NCBI GenBank assembly: GCA_034669905.1
Contig: JAXMOL010000042.1
Span: forward strand, 10,681-74,680
Direction: 5' to 3'
DNA: 64,000 nucleotides
Source of the DNA: Candidatus Hydrogenedentota bacterium
GTDB taxonomy: Bacteria > Hydrogenedentota > Hydrogenedentia > Hydrogenedentales > JAEUWI01
Part shown: positions 18,619-31,097 of the stretch, piece by piece
Layout: every line of letters begins with the position of its first letter
Position numbering within the stretch: position 1 is the first letter of the stretch
Position numbers and translations under genes: made by a program
The notes under the pieces: model-generated
The model's input: the letters and a program-made list of their open reading frames with translations, nothing else
Told to the model about the DNA's origin: nothing
Databases searched by the model: none

Positions 18619-19665
18619 TCACACCACCGGCAGGTCTGTCACAGCCTCCTGCATATAGGCCTGTTCCGCGAAGGACGCCAGCAGCAGGCGGTCTTCATTG
18701 TTCAGCGTCGTGTCGCCCGAAACGGTGGCAATATTGGCATCGAGATCTTCGGGGACCGACACGCCGATGTTCAGCAGGTGGATGCGGGGGTCGTTCAACA
18801 CCCAACGAATGGCCGACGCGGGCAGCTTCTTGACCTGCGCCTTGTCGAACTCCGAAACCAGCTTCCCGGCGTTGTGGCCAAAGATACTCGCGCCCATGAC
18901 CTTCATGGCAAGGATGCCCATGTTCAGTTCACTCGCACGGGCCACGCAGCGTTCGCGGTTGGCCAGGGATCGGTTCGAATGGCGGGTATTATATCCCTTA
19001 TGGAAATAGCCGAACTCGACCAGCAACGTGTCAAAGCCATCCGAATCAATGAGTTTGAACATCTCTTCAAAGCGGGAGTGGCCGGTGAGTCCCAGGTAGG
19101 TAAAGAGGCCCTCTTCCCGCAGCTTGACCAGCTCCTCCACAAAAGGCATGCAGCCGTCATAGCCCTGGCGTTCAATGACGGGGCCATGGAGCTGCATGGA
19201 GTCAATGCGGTCCATCTTGAGGGTGCGGAGTGAATCTTCCACACTCTTACGCACGTCTCCGGCCGAGCCGACCAGCACCTTGGAGGCGATGAACACCTCG
19301 TCGCGCACATCATGAATGGCTTCGGCAAAAATCTTCTCGCTGTCGCCATAGATCCGGGCCGTGTCGAAATAACGGAGTCCCTTTTCATAGGCCGTGCGCA
19401 CCATCTTCACCCGGGCTTCATAGTCCCCGCTGGCAATGCCGTAGTATTCGTCTTCCCGGGTCATGAGGGGCGCGCTGCCATAGGCGAGGATGGGCAACTC
19501 AATCCCGGTTTTACCAAAGACCCGGGTGGGCATGTTACCCGTGCCCGTAATCTTTTTCGATGTGTCCGCCTGCTTCCCGTGGGCCGCACCAGCCGCCAGC
19601 ACACCCGTAGCCACGCTCGCCTGAAGAAAGGCGCGCCGTCCCATGTCATTCGATGAGGTACTCAT
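18619..19665 (-). CDS. Aldo/keto reductase with Tat signal
   Basis: Start ATG 19665 (AAGGAG RBS); MGRRAFLQ leader; YFDTARIYGDSE, IASK, DSMQLH and AMKVM motifs. The track's 645-aa N-terminal extension is antisense to the MATE gene. Confidence 0.9.
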   Translation of the reverse strand: MSTSSNDMGRRAFLQASVATGVLAAGAAHGKQADTSKKITGTGNMPTRVFGKTGIELPILAYGSAPLMTREDEYYGIASGDYEARVKMVRTAYEKGLRYFDTARIYGDSEKIFAEAIHDVRDEVFIASKVLVGSAGDVRKSVEDSLRTLKMDRIDSMQLHGPVIERQGYDGCMPFVEELVKLREEGLFTYLGLTGHSRFEEMFKLIDSDGFDTLLVEFGYFHKGYNTRHSNRSLANRERCVARASELNMGILAMKVMGASIFGHNAGKLVSEFDKAQVKKLPASAIRWVLNDPRIHLLNIGVSVPEDLDANIATVSGDTTLNNEDRLLLASFAEQAYMQEAVTDLPVV

Positions 19666-19845
19666 GCTTCCAGTCTCCTTGTGAGGTTCACCCATTACCA
19701 TCATAGTGGCATGCTTTCCCTCCCGGTGCAAGCGGTTACACCCGCCCGGCTCAGTGTCAAAAGTCCCGTGCAGCATGTTATAGTATGCCCTTTCCCCCCA
19801 CACAATCATGGGGCCGCCTCGGGTGACAGGAATTCCCCCCATCTC

Positions 19846-21246
19846 ATGAAGAAGTTTGACGATCAGCTTGTGAGCGGTAGTATTCTCCGCTCCGTTTGGA
19901 AATTGACCTGGCCCGCGGCCACCTTGAATCTCGTGAACGGGATTCATGGTCTCGTGGATCACATTCTTATCGGCCACTACCTCGCCTCCCCCGACAACGC
20001 GGCGAATGCGGCCATTGGCGTGGCCTGGCAGGTCTTCCTCGTCATCGTCGTGTTTATCGCCTCGCTGTTTCATGGCATGAACGTGCTTATTGCGCGCTAT
20101 GCCGGAAAACAGGACCGGGTCAGCATGAGTCGCGCTGCTTTCGAGTCCTTCCTGTCCGCGGTTATTATTCTCGTGTTTTTTTTGGCCCCTGTCGGCTATT
20201 TTATTTCCCCCCATCTGCTCGACCTCGTGCGGGCCCACGAGGATGTACGCCTCCTGGCCCTGCCTTATTTGCGCCTGCTCTTTGTTTGCGGGGCGCCCCT
20301 CTTCCTCATGTTCATGTTCACTGGGGCTTTTCAGGCGTCTGGTGATCCCAAAACGCCCCTCGTGCTGGGTATCCTGACCACCTTCCTCAACGTGTGTATC
20401 AGCGTGGTGCTGATTACCGGCGCAGGTCCCTTCCCCGCCATGGGCATTATGGGGGCTGCGCTGGGTACCGTCCTGGCCCCTGCCGTGAGTGTGGCCATTT
20501 CCATGGTGCTCATTCTGCGGAAGAAGACGATTCTCCATCCGCCCGAGAAGTTTCACCTGTTGCCCGACCTGTCCGTCATGAAAACCGTCGTGCGTATCGG
20601 TATTCCCACCGGGATTCAGGGCGTTTTACTCAATATCGGTGGCGTGTTGCTCTTTCGCTTTCTTGGTTCGCTGGGGGACGAGATATCCGCTTCCGCCCAG
20701 GCGGCCTACACCATTTGCTATGCCCAGCTCTTTTCTATCATCACCTGGACCTGCTTCGGACTCCGCTCCGCGGCGGGCACCATCATGGGGCAGAATATCG
20801 GTGCGGGTAATCCGCAACGGGGTATTCAGGGGGTACGGGTGGCCGCTTCCTTCGGTGCGGTCTGGGCCCTGCTGATTGGCACTATCTTCTGGTTTTTCCC
20901 GGCCGACCTGCTGGCCGTATTCGGGGCGGTGGATGGCACCATCGTGGAAGTGGGCGTATCTCTACTGCGTTTCCTGAGTTTCTCGGGTATCGTGCTGGCC
21001 ATTACCCTGGCGCTGACCGGCGGTCTGCAGGGGGCGGGGGAAACCAAGATGCCCATGTATATCGCCTTTCTGACCCAGATTGTGCTCTTGCTCGGTATCT
21101 GCGGATACCTGGACTGGCGCGGGGCGCTTACTCCGGACCGCGTCTGGATGGCCATTTTCATCAGCCATCTGGGTCGCCTGATTCTGACCTTACTCGTGTT
21201 CCGGACCGACAAATGGGCCCACAAGAAGATCGAATTGACGTCCTGA
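19846..21246 (+). CDS. MATE-family efflux transporter
   Basis: About 12 hydrophobic segments; FQASGDPKTPL, GQNIGAG, LQGAGETKMPM; start ATG 19846. Confidence 0.92.
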   Translation: MKKFDDQLVSGSILRSVWKLTWPAATLNLVNGIHGLVDHILIGHYLASPDNAANAAIGVAWQVFLVIVVFIASLFHGMNVLIARYAGKQDRVSMSRAAFESFLSAVIILVFFLAPVGYFISPHLLDLVRAHEDVRLLALPYLRLLFVCGAPLFLMFMFTGAFQASGDPKTPLVLGILTTFLNVCISVVLITGAGPFPAMGIMGAALGTVLAPAVSVAISMVLILRKKTILHPPEKFHLLPDLSVMKTVVRIGIPTGIQGVLLNIGGVLLFRFLGSLGDEISASAQAAYTICYAQLFSIITWTCFGLRSAAGTIMGQNIGAGNPQRGIQGVRVAASFGAVWALLIGTIFWFFPADLLAVFGAVDGTIVEVGVSLLRFLSFSGIVLAITLALTGGLQGAGETKMPMYIAFLTQIVLLLGICGYLDWRGALTPDRVWMAIFISHLGRLILTLLVFRTDKWAHKKIELTS

Positions 21247-21357
21247 ATCCGTTGGAATTCGGGGTCATGCACGCTTTCGCGGGCCACGTGCTCTATACTA
21301 TGCAGCGTAACAGGATAAAACGGCGGTCTTGCACCGCGTGCGGGAGAATACTTGCCC

Positions 21358-22707
21358 ATGAAACTGGCAATCATTGGTACAGGTTATGTGGGCCTGGTTA
21401 GCGGCACGTGTTTCAGCGATTTGGGACACGATGTGTTGTGTGTCGATATTGACCAGGACAAGATTGACGCCCTGAACCGTGGCGAGATCCCGATCTACGA
21501 GCCGGGCCTCGAGGAGATGGTGCACACCAACGTGGAGCAGGGCCGACTCTTTTTTACGACCGATATCAAGCGGGCCGTGGAAGAGTGCCTGGTGATCTTT
21601 ATCGCCGTGGGCACGCCCCCCCAGGAAGACGGCACGGCTGACCTCCAATATGTGCTCCGTGTGGCCCAATCTATTGGCGAGCATATGAATGGGTATAAGA
21701 TTATCGTGGACAAGTCCACCGTACCCGTCGGCACCGCACAAAAGGTCCGCGATGCCGCCCAGGGTGCCATAGACGCCCGCGGCGTGTCCTTCGAGTTTGA
21801 CGTGGTCTCCAATCCCGAATTCCTGAAGGAAGGCGCGGCCATCGAAGACTTCATGAATCCCGACCGCGTCGTCATCGGCTGCGAGAACGTCCGTGTGAAA
21901 GCCCTCATGGAGGAGATTTACGCGAACTTCGCGCGCAACGGCCGACCGATTCTCAGCATGTCCACGGCCTCGGCGGAGATGACCAAGTATGCGGCCAACG
22001 CCATGCTCGCGACCAAGATTTCGTTTATGAACGAGGTGGCGACCATCTGCGAGAAGGTAGGGGCCGATGTAGACGATGTGCGGCGGGGTATTGGCTCCGA
22101 CAGCCGCATCGGCTACCGCTTTATTTTCCCCGGTATCGGCTATGGGGGTTCCTGCTTTCCCAAAGATGTGAAAGCCCTTATTCAAACCGCCGTGGAGGTG
22201 GGAGCCGATGCCAGGCTCTTGCCCCAGGTGGACCTCGTCAACGAGAAGCAGAAGCGGGCACTTCTGGAGAAAATGAAGACCTACTACCGGGGCCAGCTCG
22301 CGGGGAAACGCTTCGCCATCTGGGGGCTTGCCTTCAAGCCGGAGACAGACGATGTGCGGGAGGCACCCGCCCTGGTAATGGTTGAGGCCCTGTTGAAAGA
22401 GGGGGCGACCGTGGTGGCCTATGACCCCAAGGCCCGGCACCAGGCCCAACGCTATCTGGGGGAACACGAGCACATGGTCTATAGCGACCAATACTATGAT
22501 GCGGTGGAAGGGTGCGACGCCCTCATCGTCGCGACCGAGTGGTCCTTCTTCCGGAACGTGGATATGACCCGTATTAAGGATGGGATGGCGGCCCCGGTGG
22601 TCTTTGATGGCCGGAATGTCTATTCCCTGGCCCACATGGAAACGATGGGATTCGATTACTTCTCCATCGGACGGGACCCGATCCTGGCCTACTCCAGCGG
22701 TCTCTGA
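21358..22707 (+). CDS. ugd: UDP-glucose 6-dehydrogenase
   Basis: IGTGYVGLV, KSTVPVGT, SNPEFLKEG, GYGGSCFPKD, GLAFKPETDDVREAP. Confidence 0.96.
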   Translation: MKLAIIGTGYVGLVSGTCFSDLGHDVLCVDIDQDKIDALNRGEIPIYEPGLEEMVHTNVEQGRLFFTTDIKRAVEECLVIFIAVGTPPQEDGTADLQYVLRVAQSIGEHMNGYKIIVDKSTVPVGTAQKVRDAAQGAIDARGVSFEFDVVSNPEFLKEGAAIEDFMNPDRVVIGCENVRVKALMEEIYANFARNGRPILSMSTASAEMTKYAANAMLATKISFMNEVATICEKVGADVDDVRRGIGSDSRIGYRFIFPGIGYGGSCFPKDVKALIQTAVEVGADARLLPQVDLVNEKQKRALLEKMKTYYRGQLAGKRFAIWGLAFKPETDDVREAPALVMVEALLKEGATVVAYDPKARHQAQRYLGEHEHMVYSDQYYDAVEGCDALIVATEWSFFRNVDMTRIKDGMAAPVVFDGRNVYSLAHMETMGFDYFSIGRDPILAYSSGL

Positions 22708-23028
22708 GCGCGGCGCTGGCCCGGGTGCGGCGTGTTTGTTATGCAGAACAGCTGATTTTGTAGAATTCCACGTGTTATTTGCTGGTGGCGTTTGCACATT
22801 ATGTGGCGGTGGCTGGGGGGCATTTTTTGCGGGTTTTCCCACAAAAAACATCCTTTTGAGCCCTTTGGCTCTGGATTGCCTCATAGGGCTTGATGTACCA
22901 TGGCCTACAGAATTCTTCCTGTTCCTGCCCAACTTCCCGGGCAGGGTATCACGCGATGGGAGGGTGCTATCCTCACACGGAGGAGCAGGAATTAAGAACC
23001 GCCCTGACTATGGAGGTGTACTGGACCT

Positions 23029-23733
23029 ATGCGTTCTACACAAACTCTCGGCGGCCGGTTATCGACGACCGTCGGCAAAGAACTTATCGTCGGCGTGACC
23101 GGCATCCTGCTGGTTGTCTTTATACTTGGCCATCTCGCGGGCAACCTGCTATTGATAGCAGGTCCCGAAGCCTTTAATGGCTATGCAGAGAAACTGCACA
23201 GCCTGGGAGAGCTCATCTGGCTTGCCCGCATCGGCTTGATTGTCGCCTTCGTGGCCCACATCAGCATGGCCATATCACTGGCCCGCGCCAGTGCCGCCGC
23301 CCGTGGTACCCAGCGCTATGAAGTGGAAAAATCGGTCGGACGTAAGACCGCTGCAACCCGCCTCATGATTATCAGTGGGGTCACCATTCTTGCCTTTGTG
23401 CTCTTTCACGTCTACGATTTCACCCTCACCGGGGACCCCGAAGGCGATCGCTCCATCATCAACGATATCAGCGATACGGAAAGCATGGGGCTCTACGGCG
23501 TGGTATTTAATTCCTTCGCCAATCCGCTTCGGTCTATTTTCTACATCATCGCGGTTTGTGGCGTAGGGCTTCACCTCAGCCACGCCATCGCCAGTGTCTT
23601 ATCGACCCTGGGCGTCTTGACGGAGAAAAGCACCGACAAGGCCGAGTTGGCCGCCAAGGTCATCGGCGCCATCGTGGCCGTTGGTTTTTCATCCATCCCA
23701 ATCTACGTGCTTATACGCGCCCAGATGCTATAG
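23029..23733 (+). CDS. sdhC: Succinate dehydrogenase/fumarate reductase cytochrome b subunit
   Basis: Five TM segments with heme His residues (GHLAGN, AHI, FHV, LHLSH); precedes sdhAB. Confidence 0.92.
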   Translation: MRSTQTLGGRLSTTVGKELIVGVTGILLVVFILGHLAGNLLLIAGPEAFNGYAEKLHSLGELIWLARIGLIVAFVAHISMAISLARASAAARGTQRYEVEKSVGRKTAATRLMIISGVTILAFVLFHVYDFTLTGDPEGDRSIINDISDTESMGLYGVVFNSFANPLRSIFYIIAVCGVGLHLSHAIASVLSTLGVLTEKSTDKAELAAKVIGAIVAVGFSSIPIYVLIRAQML

Positions 23734-23745
23734 GAGTCTAGCTTC

Positions 23746-25655
<1,910 letters not shown>

Positions 25656-25656
<1 letters not shown>

Positions 25657-26417
25657 TGGCTGGAAATACCATTAACGTGACCTTGAAAGTATGGCGTCAG
25701 GCCGACAAGAACGCACGGGGTGCCTTCGCCTCCTACAGCGTGAAGAATATCTCCACCGACGCCTCCTTCCTGGAAATGCTCGACGTGGTCAATACGGGCC
25801 TCGAGAAAGAGGACAAAGACCCCATCGTATTCGACCATGACTGCCGCGAAGGCATCTGTGGCATGTGCGGTGCGGTCGTTAACGGCGTGGCCCATGGTCC
25901 CCAATCCGCCACGACCTTGTGCCAATTGCACATGCGCAAGTTCAAAGATGGGGAGACCATCGTGCTGGAGCCCTGGCGCTCGGCCGCTTTCCCGGTGATC
26001 AAAGATCTCGCGGTAGACCGCACGGCCTTTGACCGTATCATCGAAGCCGGTGGCTTTATCTCCGTCAAGACCGGACAGGCACCCGATGCCCATGCGGTCG
26101 CGGTCCCGAAAGTGAAAGCGGACGCCGCGATGGATGCAGCCTCGTGTATCGGCTGTGGTGCCTGTGTCGCAGCCTGTCCCAACGCATCAGCCAGTCTCTT
26201 CACGGCGGCTAAGATAACCCAGTTTGCCAAGCTTCCCCAGGGTGATCCCGAGCGTCGCCGCCGGGTGATGGCCATGGTGGAGCAGATGGACCACGAGGGT
26301 TTTGGCAGTTGTTCCAAGCACTATGAGTGCGAAGCGGCCTGCCCGAAAGAGATCAAGGTGGAAAACATCACCAATATGAACCGGGAATACATGCGGGCCC
26401 TGGTGACCCGGGACTGA
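25656..26417 (+). CDS. sdhB: Succinate dehydrogenase/fumarate reductase Fe-S subunit
   Basis: [33 protein letters not shown]. Confidence 0.97.
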
Positions 26418-26443
26418 GCACGGCCCCATCCACAGTACATGAC

Positions 26444-26478
26444 GACCCGTTTGCAGCGAACTGCAAACGGGTTGTTCT
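26444..26478 (+). terminator. Terminator hairpin after sdhB
   Basis: ACCCGTTTGCAG-CGAA-CTGCAAACGGGT perfect 12-bp stem followed by TGTTCT. Confidence 0.7.
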
Positions 26479-26610
26479 ATTGTATTTGAGTGCGTCTGCG
26501 GGAGGCATATACAATCCGTGGAGAATAAGTGCATAATACCAAAACGAATCACGCTTCGGTACGCTGCGAAATGCTTCGTAGCCTGCCGAACGACTCCTCC
26601 TGGGTAGAGA

Positions 26611-28806
26611 GTGGTTGTGACACCGTTGGACAGTGTGCTGGAGACAGATAAGTACCGCATCATACGGGAGCTGGGGAGAGGCGGCATGGGCGTCGTCTAT
26701 CTCGCGGAAGACACACGCCTGAAGCGGGAGGTGGCCCTCAAGGTGCTCTACGAGCATCTCTACCAGAAGTCCTCCTTCGCCGAGCGTTTCCAGGAAGAAG
26801 CCCGCTCCGTATCCACCCTCCATCACCCCAATATTGTGTGTGTCCATGGGCTGGAGGTCGCCAACGGCTCCGTGGCTATCGATATGGAGTTCGTCGAAGG
26901 TCAGTCGCTCGACCAACTCTCAGCGAGTGCCCGCGTCTCTCCTCATATGGCCGTGTCCATTGCCCGCGATGTCTTGAGCGGTCTCGTTACCTGCCATCAG
27001 ATTGGCATTGTCCACCGTGATATCAAGCCCAGCAACATTCTTATAGCCCTCGATGGCACCGCCAAGCTTACGGACTTTGGTCTCGCGACGGCTTATGCCT
27101 CCCACCTGGAAGATACGGTCAAGGGAAATACGTCGACCGGCTTTTATATGGGCACGCCCCGGTACATGCCGCCCCAGGCCTGGGAGGGGGGCCGTCCGGA
27201 GCCCTTCTGGGACCTTTATTCCTTTGGCCTGGTGCTCTATGAACTGCTCACCGGTACCTTTGTGTTTTCCGGTGACAGCCCGATGGAGATCGTAAAAAAG
27301 CAGTTTACCGACCCCATACCGGACTTGCTTCCCGTTACGAAAGTAGCCTCCCCCGAGTTGGTCGAGGTGCTCGATGCCATGCTGAGGACGGCGCAGGAAC
27401 AATCCCCCCGCGATGCTTCCGAAATGCTCTGCGCCCTGGAGCGGACACCGGAGTGTAAGGAACTCAGCACCAGCAATGGTTCGACGACGATTACCCTGCC
27501 GCCCATACGTCGCGCCACCGTGCGCGCAGGTGCCCGCTGGCGAAATGCCCGGCGGAGCCTGCAACGGAGCCGTGCCCTGCTGGGGGTGGTCTTGGCGTTG
27601 GTGCTCTTGATGGGCTTGGGAGTCTGGTTGCGCACGGTCCCCACTTCCGGTGCCGGGCCGATACCGCCGTCGGATTCGGTTGCGGTGACGCCCCATATGC
27701 CGACATTTTCCGAATGGGCCCGTGGCAGCCAAGCCTATGTCAATGGCCGCCTGCTGGCAGTGGATGGTGTGGAAGAGGCGGGGCGGTGGCAGATTACGTT
27801 GGATAGCGCGGGTGCGCCCCAAACGATTCTGGGGTATACCGACTCCGGGTTCTGGCTGGTGGATGTGCAATCAGACGTAGGTAACGACACGTGGCGAATC
27901 TCAGGAGGCTGGGCGCGGTATGTGCAGCCTGACAGCCGGCGTATGCAAATGGGATACGTGCAGGGCCACCTGGTTTGGGAGGGGCGAAGCGACGCCATGT
28001 CGATCTCGATGAACTGCGTCAATGAGATGTCGAATGCCGAACACACCGTGCAACTGGTGCTGTTGCTCAAACAAGCCCAACCCGACGCATCCGATTTCGT
28101 GCGGAAAATGGAGTCAAACAGTCGGTTGCAGTACATGCTGTATACATCGTTGCTTGACCGCCCGATGGATTGGCCCCGACGCATAGAAGCCGTGATGCCT
28201 TCCGTCACTGGGGGGCGAATTCTCGTGCCCCGGGTTGAAGGGGAGATTGTGCCCGATGGCCAACTGGCGGAGGAGCTCTGGTCCCGTAGTTACTACTTTG
28301 CTCAAGGGCGTATCGGGTACCTGGCGGCCCAGGTCCCTGTCCGGGGCCCCCAACTCCTGGTGCGTTGGACCGAAGGGGAGGTCGTGCTGGGTGTCCACAC
28401 AGAAGCACAATATCCCGGTTCCAACCTTGAGCTGGCCATCATGCCCTCCGTCGGTTCCGGCCTCGCAAGCGCCTATCACTTCTATGCGGCCTGCGACGAA
28501 TCCGGCCTTTATCGCAAACGCTTTTATGAAAGTCGACGGGAGCGTCGATGGGAATCCGAATGGAATTTCGCGTGGGACATGGCCATGACCGTGGGAGAGC
28601 AGGGCACCGACGTGGAAATTCGTATCCCACGCAAGGCGCTGGAGACTATCGCACGGCCCGAAATTGGATCCCGGTGGCGTCTCAATGCCCGCTGGCGTAC
28701 GGGTGACGCTGAGGATGCATCGGATCTCATTGCGCAATGGGGCGATGAAGAGATCTTGATGCTGGAACATGGCGTACTCTTGGAGTTTACGGGAGCCTCC
28801 GAATGA
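26611..28806 (+). CDS. Membrane Hanks-type Ser/Thr kinase with a large ectodomain (copy 1)
   Basis: LGRGGMGVVY, VALK, HRDIKPSN, DFG, GTPRY; one TM (ALLGVVLALVLLMGLGVWL); C-terminal DGQLAEELW..VEIRIP..WRLN CBM9-like region. Confidence 0.93.
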   Translation: MVVTPLDSVLETDKYRIIRELGRGGMGVVYLAEDTRLKREVALKVLYEHLYQKSSFAERFQEEARSVSTLHHPNIVCVHGLEVANGSVAIDMEFVEGQSLDQLSASARVSPHMAVSIARDVLSGLVTCHQIGIVHRDIKPSNILIALDGTAKLTDFGLATAYASHLEDTVKGNTSTGFYMGTPRYMPPQAWEGGRPEPFWDLYSFGLVLYELLTGTFVFSGDSPMEIVKKQFTDPIPDLLPVTKVASPELVEVLDAMLRTAQEQSPRDASEMLCALERTPECKELSTSNGSTTITLPPIRRATVRAGARWRNARRSLQRSRALLGVVLALVLLMGLGVWLRTVPTSGAGPIPPSDSVAVTPHMPTFSEWARGSQAYVNGRLLAVDGVEEAGRWQITLDSAGAPQTILGYTDSGFWLVDVQSDVGNDTWRISGGWARYVQPDSRRMQMGYVQGHLVWEGRSDAMSISMNCVNEMSNAEHTVQLVLLLKQAQPDASDFVRKMESNSRLQYMLYTSLLDRPMDWPRRIEAVMPSVTGGRILVPRVEGEIVPDGQLAEELWSRSYYFAQGRIGYLAAQVPVRGPQLLVRWTEGEVVLGVHTEAQYPGSNLELAIMPSVGSGLASAYHFYAACDESGLYRKRFYESRRERRWESEWNFAWDMAMTVGEQGTDVEIRIPRKALETIARPEIGSRWRLNARWRTGDAEDASDLIAQWGDEEILMLEHGVLLEFTGASE

Positions 28807-30980
28807 ACACCCTATACCGAATGGCGCGCACTGGACTGATTGCGACCCTGGCGGGCATGTGCCCATTGCTGGTGGCTGCCCAGGAGGAAGGGTTTCAGCC
28901 CCTTTCTTCCTATCCGGAGTCCTTATACGTTTTTAATGGCTATGTGTACTGCAGTGCCGAAGATGGGATCCACGGCCGGGAACTGTGGCGCGTCTCCGTC
29001 CCCGAAGGTAAAGCGGAGTTGGTCCGCGATATTACCCCGGGAGAGCGGGGGAGCCTTATCGATAGCTTCTACACCTTCAAAGACAGGCTGTACTTTCGTG
29101 TGGAAGACCCCCGACATGGCGGGGAACTCTGGTGGAGCGATGGTCAGCCAAAGGGTATGACGGAACGCCTGATGCGATTCTCCGAAGGGGATGCGCGGGA
29201 TGGACTGCGAAGTTTTCTTGGCGATACCAATGGGTCCCTGTTCTTCACGGTGGGTAGTAAACTGGATTCGAAGAAGGTCTACGTGTGCGAGGGTACCCGT
29301 GGCAGTATCCGTCAGTTCTTGCCCGACCAGACGTCGAATTTTCGAACCATATCGATCGACGGGAGCCTGTGGGAGGGGCTACTCTTCTTTCACGGCGACG
29401 GAAGTCTGGAGGGGACCCACCGCAACGGGTTCTGGTGTACAGATGGCACGGTGGAGGGTACGACCTTTCTCGCGCCTTTTGATAACGCACCGGGCGGGTT
29501 CTGTGCCATGGGTACGAAGGGGGTACTGTTTTTTGCCAAGGCGAATGGCATCGGGCAGGAGCCCTGGTTCACAAAAGGGACGCCGGAATCCACCCGCCTG
29601 CTACGGGATATCTGGGAAGGGGTGGAGTCCAGTGACCCTGCCGACCCCGCTTACTTGGAAGTCAAAAAACATCCGGCACAGTCCCGGGCCTTCTTCCGGG
29701 CGAACCACCCGGAATATGGCGACGAACTATGGGAAACTGATGGCACGCCGGAAGGGACGAAGCTCGCTTTTGACCTGGTGAAGGGCCGGGCTGGGAGTTC
29801 CCCGTATAAGATGACCTCCCTATGGGATGCCATCTACTTCAATGCCCGAAGGCCCGATGTGGGCAACGAGCTGTGGCGACTCAGGCCAGGAAGCCCCTGG
29901 TCGGTACAGCTTGTCAAGGACATTAATCCCGGCTATTCGTCTTCCAATCCCTATGCCTATTGCCAGCTCCCTCTGGTAGAGGGCATGGTCTTCAGTGCGG
30001 AAACGTCCCAGGGAGAGGAGTTGTGGTTCTCCGGTCTTGCGAACGACGACACACGACTCTTGCTGGATATATTTGAAGGGCCCGGGAGTTCAGAGCCGCT
30101 GGAGATGACGCCCATAGGAGACGTCGTCGTGTTTTCCGCCTACCACCCCGTGTCCGGCGAGGAACTGTGGGTAACCAACGGGAATTCGATGACCCGTCAA
30201 CTGTGTGATATCTATTCCGACCACAGTGAGAATCCGTCTTCTTTCCCGGAACAATTGACCCCTTTGGGTGACCGCATGGTCTTCGTGGCGGATGATATCC
30301 AACATGGGCTGGAGCTTTGGGTAACGGATGGCTATACGGGTGGCACCGAACTGCTGAAAGACATCTACCCGGGGCCCAGGGGCAGCCAGCCCGCCGAGCT
30401 CACCGTCGTGGGCGACTTGCTCTATTTCACGGCCGAGGCCCCGGAGTCCGGTAAAGAACTCTACGTTACCGATGGTACGAAAGAGGGCACCAGTATCATC
30501 AAGAATATTGCGACCGACGAATCGGGTTCCCGACCGAAGCATCTGACCGCCTGGAAAGGCCACCTGATTTTCAGTGCGACACGACCCTATGAGGGAGAAG
30601 AGCCCTGGATTGTACGACCCGGAAGAAAGCCCGAAATTCTGTTCAACATCCGCCCGGACGGAGCCGACAGCAGCCCCCGGGGCTTTGTGGCCTGGAAGGA
30701 TCATGTCTACTTTATCGCCAATGACGGCATCCACGGTGAAGAGCTCTGGCGGACCGATGGGACCGCCGAAGGTACGGTGCTTGTCAAGGATATTGTGCCC
30801 GTTCCGTTTCGAAAGATTTCTTATCATTCCCTGACGCCCCTCGGAGACAAACTGATTATTACCGCGGAAAATGACGCCCAGGGGAGGGAGCTTTGGGTAA
30901 TGGATTCCGAGCGCCCGGCACCCCGTCTGATGGCGGATATCGCATCCCGAGACAACATCCGTCTGTTCAACAATCCGTGA
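28803..30980 (+). CDS. Secreted ELWxxDGT-repeat beta-propeller protein (copy 1)
   Basis: N-terminal signal peptide; more than 10 repeats of G.ELW.(T/S)DGT..GT.L..DI..G..SS.P; ATGA overlap with kinase 1. Confidence 0.92.
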   Translation: MNTLYRMARTGLIATLAGMCPLLVAAQEEGFQPLSSYPESLYVFNGYVYCSAEDGIHGRELWRVSVPEGKAELVRDITPGERGSLIDSFYTFKDRLYFRVEDPRHGGELWWSDGQPKGMTERLMRFSEGDARDGLRSFLGDTNGSLFFTVGSKLDSKKVYVCEGTRGSIRQFLPDQTSNFRTISIDGSLWEGLLFFHGDGSLEGTHRNGFWCTDGTVEGTTFLAPFDNAPGGFCAMGTKGVLFFAKANGIGQEPWFTKGTPESTRLLRDIWEGVESSDPADPAYLEVKKHPAQSRAFFRANHPEYGDELWETDGTPEGTKLAFDLVKGRAGSSPYKMTSLWDAIYFNARRPDVGNELWRLRPGSPWSVQLVKDINPGYSSSNPYAYCQLPLVEGMVFSAETSQGEELWFSGLANDDTRLLLDIFEGPGSSEPLEMTPIGDVVVFSAYHPVSGEELWVTNGNSMTRQLCDIYSDHSENPSSFPEQLTPLGDRMVFVADDIQHGLELWVTDGYTGGTELLKDIYPGPRGSQPAELTVVGDLLYFTAEAPESGKELYVTDGTKEGTSIIKNIATDESGSRPKHLTAWKGHLIFSATRPYEGEEPWIVRPGRKPEILFNIRPDGADSSPRGFVAWKDHVYFIANDGIHGEELWRTDGTAEGTVLVKDIVPVPFRKISYHSLTPLGDKLIITAENDAQGRELWVMDSERPAPRLMADIASRDNIRLFNNP

Positions 30981-31097
30981 TACGCAAAGACGGTGTTGCA
31001 AAAGGGTAGTGCAATAGCGCCATAATAGGCCAAGGGGCAATGGAGAGAGACGGGACAGGGGCACCCGTATACGGTGCTTGCCTGAAAGTTGGGGTCC

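Noticed and set aside
19666..20556. N-terminal extension of the 645-aa track ORF 18619..20556
   Set aside because: Antisense shadow of the MATE gene; the RBS and Tat leader place the real start at 19665.
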